NCBI RefSeq assembly: GCF_004010195.1
Contig: NC_057758.1
Span: forward strand, 1,815,542-1,879,541
DNA length: 64,000 nt
Source of the DNA: Chiloscyllium plagiosum
Taxonomy: Eukaryota
Direction: 5' to 3'
This document shows, piece after piece, positions 38,790 through 50,815 of the stretch. Below the pieces are notes generated by a model. The model ran no database searches. It was given only the letters and a program-made list of their open reading frames with translations, and had not been told where the DNA came from. The translations under genes and the position numbers were made by a program. How positions within the stretch are numbered: position 1 is the stretch's first letter; each line of letters begins with the position of its first letter.

Positions 38790-38998
38790 GAAAGTGTGGT
38801 GCTGGAAAAGCACAGCAGTTTAGGCAGCATCCACGGGGCAGGAAAATTGAAGTTTCGAGCATGTGCCCTTTATTAGGATGAAGGGCTTATGTCCCAAACG
38901 TCGTTTCTTCTGGTCCTCGGATGCTACCTGACGTGCTGTGCCTTTCCAACAGAACACTCTCGACTGTGATCTCCAGCATCTGCTCTCCTCGCTTTCTC
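38790..38998. mobile_element. Palindromic pair of PLE pLTR fragments
   Basis: Left arm minus, right arm plus, meeting near 38877. Confidence 0.8.
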
Positions 38999-39109
38999 CC
39001 TGTGTAGAACATATTAACTATGTTCGAATGGCAGAGAAGGCACGATGGGTTGAATGGCCTAATTCATCCCCCATAACTTATGAACTTATGTACTTATGTA
39101 CTTATGAAT

Positions 39110-39815
39110 ACTGAGTATTGAAAGCCCCTGAATGCTGTCTTCAATGCGCTTTATTTTCTCTTCCCCAGCATTAATGATCAGCTTGAGCTGAGCTTGGAAG
39201 AATCGTATCACTGGCGAGAAACAGAATACATTGCATTGTTGGGATCGTGGTGTTGCATCACCAAATAAATACTAGCATGTCCTGCTGCATGATCGCTGTA
39301 ACAGCTTACATTAAGCTGATCGTACTTTCTGTCATTCAGACGCTGCTAGATTGTATGGGTGATCTGCACCTTGAGCCGTTGCTTTCAGAATGATGTGAAT
39401 AAAGCTTGCTGCCTTGAATAGCGCCTCTTTCTTTTTTCTCCTTCCTACGTTGGATTGATATGTCTCTGTCCAGACGGGAAAGTGAAAACTCAGACATTGT
39501 CAGGGCCTCATTCAAACGTTGCTACTCCAATTACTTCTCCTCATGATTTCACCCGATGTGTCAGCCACGTCCAGCACCATCCTTCGGCATATTCTGCAAA
39601 CTCGGCAGAGCCTACTTCCTGCTGAGTATTCTCTACCCCACTCCATGAGCGGAAGAACCTGTCCTCCTCCTTGACAAACACCAATGGAGCAAATATTGAG
39701 TGTTAACAAGGGCAAAGAATGTACTCAGCTAAAGGAAATGATTATGTGTTAATCATGGTGTCCTTGGCAGTGTACTGCGCAATAAGGCCTGAGGAACAGA
39801 CACTCAGTGTCCGTT
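39110..39815 (-). pseudogene. Leader-V(J)-TM-like relic, paralog of 30183-30872
   Basis: Collinear DNA similarity; acceptor atttcctttag; NTQY/APLVFVKEEDRFFRSW; QNMPKDG; LKLIINAG. Confidence 0.5.
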
Positions 39816-40505
39816 TGGTCTGAGAACAAGCAAGGCATCGTCCACATCAACGTACCCATGACTGGTGGGGATGGACGCCTCGAAACATTGTTGCACATGA
39901 ACACCAACTTCACACTTATGATGTGCAAATCGCGCAGTGTTGCCCTGACGTTGTGAGAAGCATGACTGGTTTAGTACAATATCTAAGGGTGGGAGGCTAT
40001 TTAACTGTGAGAAAAAAGACACAGGCAATTGATTAAAAAATTAGACTGGAGACGAAGAGAATTTATTTTGATCAGAAGAAATATAGCATCAGACACTCCA
40101 GAAAATGTATATCGACCCATCAAGTTTGGACGATGAAAAACACGTCTTTTCTGGAATAGATTTGCAAAAAGTCGTTGTGATGCTTGGAAAGGCATTGGAA
40201 GTTGATTCAACAAATCGCTTTGGTTTTGAAAATAAAGGCAACTGTGTAAATGAATTCAAGGAAAAAGGACACACAGACAATATGGAATTGAATTGGAATT
40301 GTGTGGACATAATTCAGATGATCTTTGAAGGCCTAGCAGACGTACGATGACCCGAATGCCCCATTTGATTCTGTGGACTCCTTGATCAATACAAGGAAAA
40401 AATCCTTTTTCTTAGAAATCCATGAGTTCATTCTTTATTCAGATCCACCTCGGCTTTGGTTTAAAAAGAAACGTCATCAAAGGATGACATGATCTTTGCT
40501 TCTAG

Positions 40506-40595
40506 TTATTTCTGGTCTCAGCGAGTGAACTGCCCATGGGACAGATCCAAGGTGGAGCCAGCAATCACCGTGTTTGTCTGGGCGCGCGGAAGTGT

Positions 40596-40656
<61 letters not shown>

Positions 40657-41090
40657 TTGTGTGTGCGTGTCTCTGTGTGTGTGTCCCTCTGTGTGTGAGT
40701 CTGTGTATCTCTGTGTGTGTGCCCCCATATGTTTCTGTCACAAGCTGTCTGTTTGTCTGTGTCTGTGAGCTAGTTTGTATTTGTGTGCCTGAGCATAGGA
40801 TGATTAACTTCAAAATATAACGATCACATGTCTGTCATGAGCGCATTATGATAGTGAGGAACTTAGCAGACAAGGAACAAGGCTCTCATTTTTTTTATCC
40901 TTTGGACCTTGATGCTTATGCACGCCATCACTGCTGGTGGAAGAATGAGTGCAAGATTTTTACTATACACGACGACCTTTCTCTGCAAATTCAGGGAAAT
41001 TCAGGTGAATATTTGGAGACCAACGGGTATGTCACATTCTGTGGTGATATTCACATCAACGATGGCTGTATAACTATCTTAATCTGACCA
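40506..41090 (+). pseudogene. Decayed V(J) relic interrupted by a (TG)n-rich tract (about 40598-40790)
   Basis: KVE/QQSP; QNITITC (Cys 40829-40831); DLSLQI..GYVTFC. Confidence 0.4.
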
Positions 41091-42929
41091 GCAGTACTGA
41101 CTCATTAATCCTTCAACTAATTTCGTTCTGCAATTCATCAATTATATTCCGAAAAGCGTGGTGCTTGGAAAGCATTCGAGGAACCAGGCAGCTGATGTTT
41201 TGGGCATAAGGCCGTCATCAGGAATGTGGAAGGGGAAGGGGCTGAAAGATAGATAGAACTATGGCGGTATGTCTGAGGGAAGATAGCTCGGTAGGAGATT
41301 GGTGGATGCAGGTGAGGGGTCATAGTGATTAAGAAAGTTGCAACGTACTTGTTCAAACATCCAGTCAAACTTCATATCGACCAAAGTCTCCATGTTGTCT
41401 CCATGTTGACTCCCGTCGATTTTGGGCACGAATTAAATTCATCTTTTCAAATACCTCCTGACTTTTGTCCTCTCTTTCGATAGTGTCACCATCGCAGATA
41501 ACCACTCTTCACAAAAGCTCTGTGTTCTCTAATTCAAGCTTCATGCCCACTCTGAAATTTGAATCTAGACACCGTCAGTGGCTGTTGACCCGCTCTTTGA
41601 CGATGAAGCTGACTGACTCAACGAGTCATTCCCACTTCTCCTCCATGGCTGCCCATAATGCCGCTTTTTCGGAGAAGTTTTTGGTCTTCCATCCACAATG
41701 TCTGCATTTGTTGTACAGTAGCTGCTTAGTTTCCAACAATTTGGTCGAATGAAACACCTTTGAATGTTTTCTTGCAATCAATTAATATAACTTGCGTCCC
41801 TCTCATCATCTACATATTTGCTCAGCATACGCCATACATTTTTTCACGCTGGGAGTACTACCGTATTTTTTAGTCTCCATAAACCTTGGTTCGGCCATAG
41901 TCGACTTAAGGGTTCAATTCCTTTTTCTGTGCCCCAGCCTTTGTGAGTATTTCTATGAAGAATGGATAAATTGTGCAATATATTAGTGTCACAATAACGG
42001 GACTGTGAAATATTGCTGCTCCTGCTCTCTTGCAGAATTCTAGAAAACATAGAAAACATAGAAAACATACAGCGCAGTACAGGCCCTTTGGCACTCGATG
42101 TTGCGCCGATCCAAGCCCACCTAACCTACACGAGCCCACTATCCTCGATATCCCTATCCAAATTCTGCTTGAGGATATGAGGGAGTAAAGGGAACTTGTC
42201 TCACTGAGAGAGTCCTTCAACTTCGGACTGATGCTGAGTCTATTTCTTACCGTTCAGGGTATGCCAGATTCAGGAAAGTTCTAATGTTTCTGAATCATTT
42301 GACGAAATCTGTCTGCATTGGTCATCATTCCATGTCTGTTGATTCCCTTTACATTTTGCTCTTTATTTCTATAGTGGACGGAGTGGATATTTGTGCATAT
42401 GTTTTCATTCATGGGGGCTTCCTTGCCGTGGAAGGCGTCGAGTTCCTCAAGTACATTTTGGACTTGCACACCTCTGGGCAGGTTGCCGTATTGCATCACA
42501 CTCCTGATTTCTGGTTAGATTTTTGCTGTTGAGCGAGTCCAGCGATGATTCACAATTGCAATTCCCGAGAAAATATCCTGGGAGGTTTCGAGGTGGTAAC
42601 ATCACTGATCGTCAAGGCGTTGAGGCTTAAATTCTTTCTCAGTGGCAACCCCCAGTCTATTGTCAATGAGGGATTCAATGAGTGCCAACACCATTGATTG
42701 ACATGGCAAGATGGTCAGATTCTCTCTCAGTGTCATACTGTAGATAATGATGGGAAATTCAGCAATAGTCATATTATTGCATGCTAATTATTGACGCTTT
42801 ATTCATTTATTGGATACTGTCAATGCCTAGCGTAGTGTGGTTTGAATGTTCCTTAGCAACGTTCAGTCCAATTTGGACCTTGTTCAGAACTTCTTCCATT
42901 TGAATATGGGCAATCTCATAAGACCATAA

Positions 42930-44110
42930 TATTATAAAACACAGGAGCAGAATTTGAGCCCTTCGGGCTACCGAGTTTGTTTCAGCATTCAATCATAGCT
43001 GATAGATTTTTCAATCAAATTTTCCTTATATCTACACATATCCTTTGGTCCCCTTCGGAGTCAAGCACTTCTCTTCTCTGTTGTATATGTAAATTCATTG
43101 ACCTGGCATCCACAGCCTTCCGTGAGAATGAATTCCACATATTTACCACTCTCTGCCTGAAGACATTTCTTCTTAACTCAGTTCCAAAGGGTCTTCCCTT
43201 TACTCTAAGACTCTGCCCTCGGGTCCTCGTTTCTCTTCCCAAAGGAAACATTCTCCCATCGTCCACTCCGTCCAGGCCGTACAGTATTCTGTAAGTTACA
43301 ATCCCCTCATTCTTCCAAACTCGATAGAGTATAGTCGAAGAGTCCTTATATTTTAAGCCTTTCATTCCTGGAATCAATCTCCTGAATCTTACCTGTATCC
43401 TTCCTGAGGCCTGGGGCCCTAAGCTTCACACAATATTTCCAATGTGGTCGGACCTGTGCCCCACTTCGTCCTTTATATAAATGATTTGTATATGACCTTA
43501 AGAGGTGTACGTAGTAAGTTTGCAAATGAAAGCAAAGTTGGAGGTGTAGTGGATAGCGAAGAAGGTTTCCTCGGATTACATCTGGATCTTGTTCAGATGA
43601 GCCAATGGGCTGAGGAGTGGCAGATAGAGTTTTAGATAAATGCGAGGTGCTGTATTTTCAGAAAGCAAATCTTAGCAGGATTTGTACACTCAATGATAAA
43701 GGTGCTAGGGAATGTTGCTGTACAAAGTGACCTTGGAGTGCAGGTTCGTAGCTCCTTGAAAGTAGAGTCGCATGTAGATAGGATAGTGAAGAAGGCATTT
43801 TGCATGTTTTCCTTTATTGGTCAGAGTATTGAGTACAGGAGTTGAGAGGTCATGTTACGGCTGTACAGGACATTGGTTAGGCCACTTTTGGAATATTGCG
43901 TGCAATTCTGGTGTCCTTCCTTTCGAAAGAATGTTGTGAAACTAGAAAGGATTCAGAAAAGATTTACCAGGATGTTGCCACGCTTGGAGTATTTGAGCAA
44001 TAGGGAGAGGTTGAATAAGTCCGGGGTGTTTCCTGGAGTGTCAGAGACATAGGGGTGACCCTGTAGAGGCTTTCAAAAGCACGATGGGCATGGATAGGGT
44101 AAATAGGTTA
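42930..44110. mobile_element. Two CR1 fragments in opposite orientation (42930-43445 minus; 43450-44110 plus)
   Basis: RQRVVNMWNS; YINDL..SKFANE; RPLLEYCVQFWCP. Confidence 0.85.
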
Positions 44111-44116
44111 GGTCTG

Positions 44117-44498
44117 GAAATGTGTTGCTGGAAAAGCGCAGCAGGTCAGGCAGCATCCAGGGAGCAGGAGAATCGACGTTTCGGGCATAAGCCCTTCTTC
44201 AGGAATGGGGAAAGTTTGTCCAGCAGGCTAAGATAAAAGGTAGGGAGGAGGGACTTGGGGGAGGGGCGTCGGAAATGTGATAGGTGGAAAGAGGTCAAGG
44301 TGAGGGTGATAGGTCAGACTGGGGTGGGGGCGGAGAGGTCGGGAAGAAGATTGCAGGTTAGGAAGGCGGTGCTGAATTCGATGGATTTGACTGAGACAAG
44401 GTGGGGGGAGGGGAAATGAGGAAACTGGTGAAACCCGAGTTCATCCCTTGTGGTTGGAGGATTCCTAGGCGGAAGATGAGGCGCTCTCCCTCCAACCG
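44117..44498 (-). mobile_element. Young Neptune PLE 3' end/pLTR; hammerhead motif at 44173-44203
   Basis: RLEGERLIFRLGILQPQGMN; pLTR nearly identical to 33987-34145. Confidence 0.9.
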
Positions 44499-45069
44499 NN
44501 NNNNNNNNNNNNNNNNNNNNNNNNNNNNNNNNNNNNNNNNNNNNNNNNNNNNNNNNNNNNNNNNNNNNNNNNNNNNNNNNNNNNNNNNNNNNNNNNNNNN
44601 NNNNNNNNNNNNNNNNNNNNNNNNNNNNNNNNNNNNNNNNNNNNNNNNNNNNNNNNNNNNNNNNNNNNNNNNNNNNNNNNNNNNNNNNNNNNNNNNNNNN
44701 NNNNNNNNNNNNNNNNNNNNNNNNNNNNNNNNNNNNNNNNNNNNNNNNNNNNNNNNNNNNNNNNNNNNNNNNNNNNNNNNNNNNNNNNNNNNNNNNNNNN
44801 NNNNNNNNNNNNNNNNNNNNNNNNNNNNNNNNGGTCAGGTGAATTGGCCATGCTAAATTGCCCGTAGTGTTAGGTAAGGGGTAAATGTAGGGGAATGGGT
44901 GGGTTTCGCTTCGGCAGGTCGGTGTGGACTTGTTGGGCCGAAGGGCCTGTTTCTACACTGTAATGTAATCTAATGTAATCTAATCGAGGTGCGACTAGAT
45001 TAGATTGGGATATCTGGTAGGCATTGTCAAGTGGGTCTGTTTCCGTGCTGTACATCACTATGACTCTAT

Positions 45070-46515
45070 CACTCTAAGTACACACCTGCTTTTATATTCT
45101 TGTCCTTGTGAAGCGTGTGATAACATTGCATTCGTCTTCATGACTATCCATTCAACCTGCAAGTTGACCTTCAAAAAACCTTTGACTAAGTCTCCCAAAT
45201 ACGTTTGCACTTCAGATTTCTGAATTTTCTCCACGTCTCAAAAATAGTTCATTCTCTATTCTTTCTACCAAAGTGCATGATCTCACACTTTTGCACGTTG
45301 TATTTCATCTGCCACTTATCTGTCCATTCTTCTAAGCTGTATACATCTTTCTGCATCCTCTCCGACGCCCCAATACTGCCTGTCACGACACTTATCTTTG
45401 TATCTTCAGCAGACCTAGCCAGAATGCCCTCAGTTCCTTCGTCCAGATTATTAATGTATACAGTGAAAAATTGTCGTCCCAATACTGACTCTCGTGAAAC
45501 TCTGTTACTCACTGTCTTCCCTCTTGAGAAAGTGCATATTACGCCAAATTTCTGCCTTCTGTCAGACAGCCAATCTTAATTCCATGATAGTACGTTGCCT
45601 CTAAAATGAATCATCCTAGTCTTAGTTACCAGCCTCCTATATGGGACCTAAACAGAGGACTTCTGGAAGTGCAGATAGACAGCATACATCGGCTCTCCTT
45701 GATCGAACCAGCTCGTAATATCCTCAGAATATTCGAACAGATTTGTCAGGCATGATCTCCCCTTGGCTTTGCTCTATTTACCATGCACTTCGAAGTATTC
45801 AGAAATCTAATGCTTCACAATATACCCCCAAATCTTAACAACAGCTTGGATGAGGCTAACCGGACTTTAAATTTTACCCTCTTTTGTAATGCACCCTTCT
45901 ACAACAGGTTGTTTACATTATAGATTTTTCAGACCTTCGTAACTTCCGCTCATCCACAACCCCGACTCAAGTGATCCCTGACAGATACGACTATCTCTTC
46001 AGTTCTCTCCATTAGAACCCTCGGGTGGGGCCCATCTGGTCCACTTTCAGACCTCAGTGCTTCGAGCACCTTCTCCATGTTGATGGCCATTGTACTCATT
46101 TTGGCTCCTCGATTCTCGTGAAGTTTTCGGTTATTAGATTAGATTAGATTAGATTACTTACAGTGTGGAAACAGGCCCTTCGGCCCAACAAGTCCACACC
46201 GCCCCGCCGAAGCGCAACCCACCCATACCCCTACATTTACCCCTTACCTAACACTACGGGCAATTTAGCATGGCCAATTCACCTGACCTGCACACCTTTG
46301 GACTGTGGGAGGAAACCGGAGCACCCGGAGGAAACCCACACAGACACGGGGAGAACGTGCAAACTCCACACAGTCAGCCGCCTGAGGCGGGAATTCAACC
46401 CGGGTCTCTGGCGCTGTGAGGCAGCAGTGCTAACCACTGTGCCACCGTGCCGCCCACTTGTGTCTTCCACCGTGAAGACAGAAACAAAGTACTCATTCAG
46501 TTCATGAGCCATTCC
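45070..46515 (-). mobile_element. Decayed CR1 with a young HE1-like SINE nested at 46135-46456
   Basis: YINNLDEGTEGILARSAEDTK; ELNEYFVSVFTVED interrupted by the SINE. Confidence 0.85.
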
Positions 46516-46695
46516 TTTAACTTTTTCATATCTGAGGAGTCATGACTGATGCTGAACATTGCACAATCATTGATGAAACATCCTCATTTCTGACCTTATC
46601 CAAACATAGGAAATAGTTCAGCTGTAGACTATTCGGCCCTTCGAGCATGGACCATCATTCAATTTCATTCTGGCTAATCGTGCATTTCCAATCGG

Positions 46696-46990
46696 TGAAA
46701 GTGAGGATACAGATGCTGGAGATCAGAATCAAGGTTAGAGTGGTGCTAGAAAAGAAGAGTAGGTCAGGCACCATCCGAGGAGCAGGAAAGTCGATGTCCC
46801 AGGAAAAAGACCCTTCATCAGGGATGAGGCAAGGAGCCTCCGGGGTGGAGAAATATATGCTCATTTATATCTTAACACCGGAGGCTCGCTGCCTCATTAC
46901 TGATGAAGAGCTTTTGCCCAAAGCATTGACTTCTCTGCTCCTCGGATGCTGCTTGGCCTGCTGTGCTTTTCGAGCACCACTCTTACCATG
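46696..46990. mobile_element. Palindromic pair of PLE pLTR fragments
   Basis: Minus arm to about 46857, plus arm from about 46863 with CTGATGAAGAGCTTTTGCCC. Confidence 0.8.
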
Positions 46991-47139
46991 CATTTCCAAT
47001 ATGCCACTTCTGCTTTCTCTCCTTGATCCCTTTCGCTGCAAGGCATGCTGCTTTCGAGTGAACTGGCCCAAGAGCTTTCTATGGAAATGAATTCCAGATT
47101 CCTAAATTCATGAGCAAAGCAATCCTTCCTCATTTCTGG

Positions 47140-47765
47140 TAGACAGGGCAGTGAGGAAAGGTCACTGGCCTTCATCAGTTAGGGCACTGAGTATAGAAGT
47201 TGGAAATTTATCTTGCATTTGTACAGGATGTTGGTGAGGCTGACTTGAAGAATTGTCTTCAGTTTTTGTCACCTTGCAGTGAAAGTATATTATTTAACTG
47301 GAAAAAGGTGCAGAAGAAATTTGAGACCAAGTTGCCGAGACTCAACAGTGTGAGTTGTAGGGAGAGTTTGAACAAGCGATGATGTTATTTTTTCTTTAAA
47401 GCGTAGGAGACTGAGTTGAGATCTTATAGAAGTGTGGAATACCATTAGAGGCATGAATACGTAGAATGTACTCAGTGATTTTAGCAAGTTTGGTGAATGG
47501 AGGTCTTGTGGACATCAGTTTCAGTTCAGAGTCTAAAGAATCAAAGGGAACCTGAACGGTATACATCTGGAATGAGTTCCAGTGGAGGTTGTTGAGGTGG
47601 GTAAAATAAGAACATTCGTAATGCAATTGGACAGATCCGTGGATAGGAAAGGATTTGTAGCATTATCTGGCAAATATGGGGAAAAGGGATTAGCGTAGTT
47701 GGACAATTTGGACGATGTAGGCCAGTTTGGGCCAAAGGGTCTGTCTCTGTGCTGTCAGCCACTAT
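47140..47765 (+). mobile_element. CR1 3' end, decayed
   Basis: LKNCLQFLSP..KVQKKF and 3' UTR. Confidence 0.8.
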
Positions 47766-48226
47766 GCTTCAGGTTCCTTACCTTTTATTGACTTACCTTT
47801 TATTTAAGCCCACGCGTTCTCAAATTTCCAAACATGGGAATATCCTTCCTCCATTTAGCCTGCCCAATGCCATTAGGATGTTAATTGATTCTGTGACACG
47901 CTGCCGATTCCTCTTAATTCGAGTGAATGCTAGTACACAAGATCCAATATTTCTTCATACCTCAGTCCTGCAATAATGTGAATAAGTCTGCTGAACCTTC
48001 GCAGGAATCCCTCAATAGCAAGAATATCCTTCCTCAGACTACAAGACAAAACTTGCTGTCATGAGTAAAGGTGTGGCCTCTTGTATGAACTGAATAAATT
48101 CAACAAGAAATCCTGACAACTGCACTCAAATCGTATTGCTGAGAAGGTCAACATGCTTTGAGCTTTTCTCAACGCCTGCTGCGCCTGCATGTCAAGTTTC
48201 AATAACTGATCCACAACGATATCCAT

Positions 48227-48664
48227 TGTAATGGAAAATTATCCATTTACTGTGTAATTAATTATCCATTTACTGTGAAATTTAAAGAGAGTGAGTCAAT
48301 TTTAAATCAATGCTGTACTGAGTTTTTAAAATGATGCTTTGATGAAGGTCTGTAGTTACCTTATCTCTGTTTGAATTCTGTAAGCATTCAACTCAACCTT
48401 GCGATAGTCGAACTCAGGGGAAGCTGGATAACTGTTATGTCTAGGACCAGTGGATGAGAGGATAACAACTTGAGTTTCCCCAGTCTCTGCCCTTGAGAGT
48501 GTGATAAGGAACGCTATAAGACAGGCGACTCTGTAAATGTTTAGGTACTCATTGCATTGAGGCTTCTAACTTAGTGTAATGAGTCAATCTTGCAAGAGTT
48601 TTAATAAAGACCCTTTCTTTGCTCTTGCTAATTATTGAGTCAAGTCGTTTTAATTTCCACGACA
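48227..48664 (+). repeat. 5' LTR (TATAA 48515-48519, AATAAA 48603-48608)
   Basis: tgtaatgg...ccacgaca repeated at 54894-55357. Confidence 0.95.
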
Positions 48665-48671
48665 GTAAACT

Positions 48672-48690
48672 TGGGGGCTTGGTCCGGGTC
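48672..48690 (+). promoter_or_regulatory. Primer-binding site, tRNA-Pro-like
   Basis: TGGGGGCTTGGTCCGGG versus canonical TGGGGGCTCGTCCGGG. Confidence 0.8.
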
Positions 48691-49168
48691 CTAGCGACTG
48701 GATGAGATTCTGAAGATTCCCAGGATGCGTAAGCACCAGCGCCTTGAAGGTCTTTCACTTCATCACGAAAGCTAAATTGGCCCTTTTGCGTGAGAGACTG
48801 GGAATCTGTGGATGACCCTAGCGCCGGGGTTTCGAATCAAATAAGGTCGGGGTAAGAGTTTGGGTTAAGAAAAGATGCATAGAGACTCATTCTCAGAGAA
48901 TAAATGCAACAGGGAAAGCGTTCAGTGACCTCTTGCGTGGTATTAGGGTAAAAGGGAAGGGGCTTGCCGTCTCAAGAGTGTTTCGGAGACAGCAAGGATC
49001 AGGGTGGTTTTAGACTTGGAACCACCACTGGCTGAGTTGGACTCGCCTAACACGTACCGGGTATGTGGTTTCTTGGTTTACGAAAACCAAAGCATTGAGG
49101 CAGTCGAGCCCAATGTGAAAGGGAATCTCCGGAGGTAAAAGCAAGTCAAAGGGAAAAGATAACGGTAC

Positions 49169-49204
<36 letters not shown>

Positions 49205-49239
49205 GGAGAGAGTAGGACACTTTTCCAGTCACCCTAAAA

Positions 49240-50815
49240 ATGGGTTCCGGCAAGAGCAAACAAAGGGAGAGTCCACACAGGACTTGGAATGGCCAACCAA
49301 AAATACAATACATGTTAAATAATTGGGGCCCGGAGTCTGTGAAGCAGTTAGAATTGTGGATTAAGGAATCCGGTTTTCTGGAGGGAGGAAGTTTTAGTAA
49401 AAGACAGCCGGAAATATTGAGGTCGAGGTTGGAGGAGAGAGAGAAGGAGAAAAGGAAGGGAAAAATAGAACCTGTGAATTGGAGTACTTATAACAAGTGG
49501 AAGGCTGAGGCTGATATCAGAGAAAGGAAATCTCAAGTAAAGGATACATCAAATTCACGTGCAAACACTAGCACACATGCAGACGCGCGCGGCAAACAAC
49601 CTAACGAAGCTGTACAATGTCTTAAGTCTGTTTCAGATCCTGATCTTGATGACTGCCCTCCGAGACCTGCAGTGGTGAAGGTTCCACATCCGCAGCCGCT
49701 GCCTCAGGGTCTGCTGGATCACCGATAGCACACCACACCCACAACGGATTGAAGCAAGAAGCTCAAAAGAAAGACGCCCACTTCAAGACGCAAAGGCATC
49801 CAAGGCCTGTTCACGATCACCCCCCGACGGATGATGAGTCAGACAGCGAGGATACTAGCGCACGATCATCTAACCAGGTAGTTCTGCAAGCCCCTATGGT
49901 TGAAGTTGCAGGTCCAGAAGGTTATCCAGAAGGTTATCCACTGGCCATGGACCATGAAGGATCCGGAAAGTGCCGATGGGCAGTTGCCTGACACACGCGA
50001 GGATGGAGGTAATAAGTTTGCTGAAGAAGTGACAAAATTCTGTACTGAGTTTCGTCGCATGTCCCATGAGATGAGACGTCTCCTGGGTCGAAAGCTAGGT
50101 GCTGATGTCACCAAAATCAAGTACACCTGACTAACTGCAAATGCCCATGCCAGAGTAGCCAACCCGCCAGCGGAGCAGAACGGAGACTTTAATGCTTTTG
50201 TTGCAGCGCTGGCAACCGCCTGTAGGGAGGCGTTTCCAGTGCGAATGGACATGACTAAAATAGCAATGTGTAAACAACGGAAAGGTGAGACCGTGTCCCA
50301 GTACTTTATGCACCTCAGTGAAGTCTATAATGCCCATAGTGGACTGAGATCACCCGACGACATAACGGCAGCAGAAATCACGCTGTATAAGGCACCACTG
50401 AGGAACAGTTTCATCAATGGAATGAAAGATGAAATAGCGAAAAAGGTAAAAGATTACCTTTTACCTGGGACACAGGTAAGCTGAATTTGAGAGAACAACA
50501 TGCGATCCATATTGAAAAATTACTTTCTTAAGAGAAGGATAAGCAGAAACTAAAGATGGAGCAGCAAGCACGTAAAGCTCAGCTTACTATGATGCAAATG
50601 GTCACCAGCCGTTGGAAGGAGGTGCTGCAGGAAGAGAGAGAGACAGAGGTGGAGGTCGCCGAAGAGGAAGAAGTCTTGGAAGTGGTTGCGGAAGAGGTGT
50701 GGGCAGCGGTAGATCCGGCGGGTGCTTTGTTTGCGGAACAATGGACCACTGGGCGAGACAGTGCCCGCATAGACAGCAGCAATCGGCCCTGGAGGCTGGA
50801 CAGCAAGGTGATTGA
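49240..50815 (+). pseudogene. gag: ERV gag (frameshifted)
   Basis: MGSGKS myristoylation-type start, GFLEGGSFS, MHR QRKGETVSQYF, CFVCGTMDHWARQC zinc knuckle. Confidence 0.9.

Larger units (their letters stand above)
35200..39105 (+). mobile_element. Near full-length decayed CR1 (ORF1 esterase tail, EN, RT, (TATGTACT)n tail) with nested SINEs and PLE
   Basis: GHW / YLNHAEA esterase-like remnant at about 35340-35440; YLNARS-like EN start; RT motifs; tail 39078-39105. Confidence 0.8.

Noticed and set aside
39169..39420. Plus-strand terminal exon with AATAAA
   Set aside because: The paralog lacks AATAAA, and the V-like homology reads on the opposite strand.
40105..40350. 81-aa ORF
   Set aside because: Degenerate CR1 3' end.
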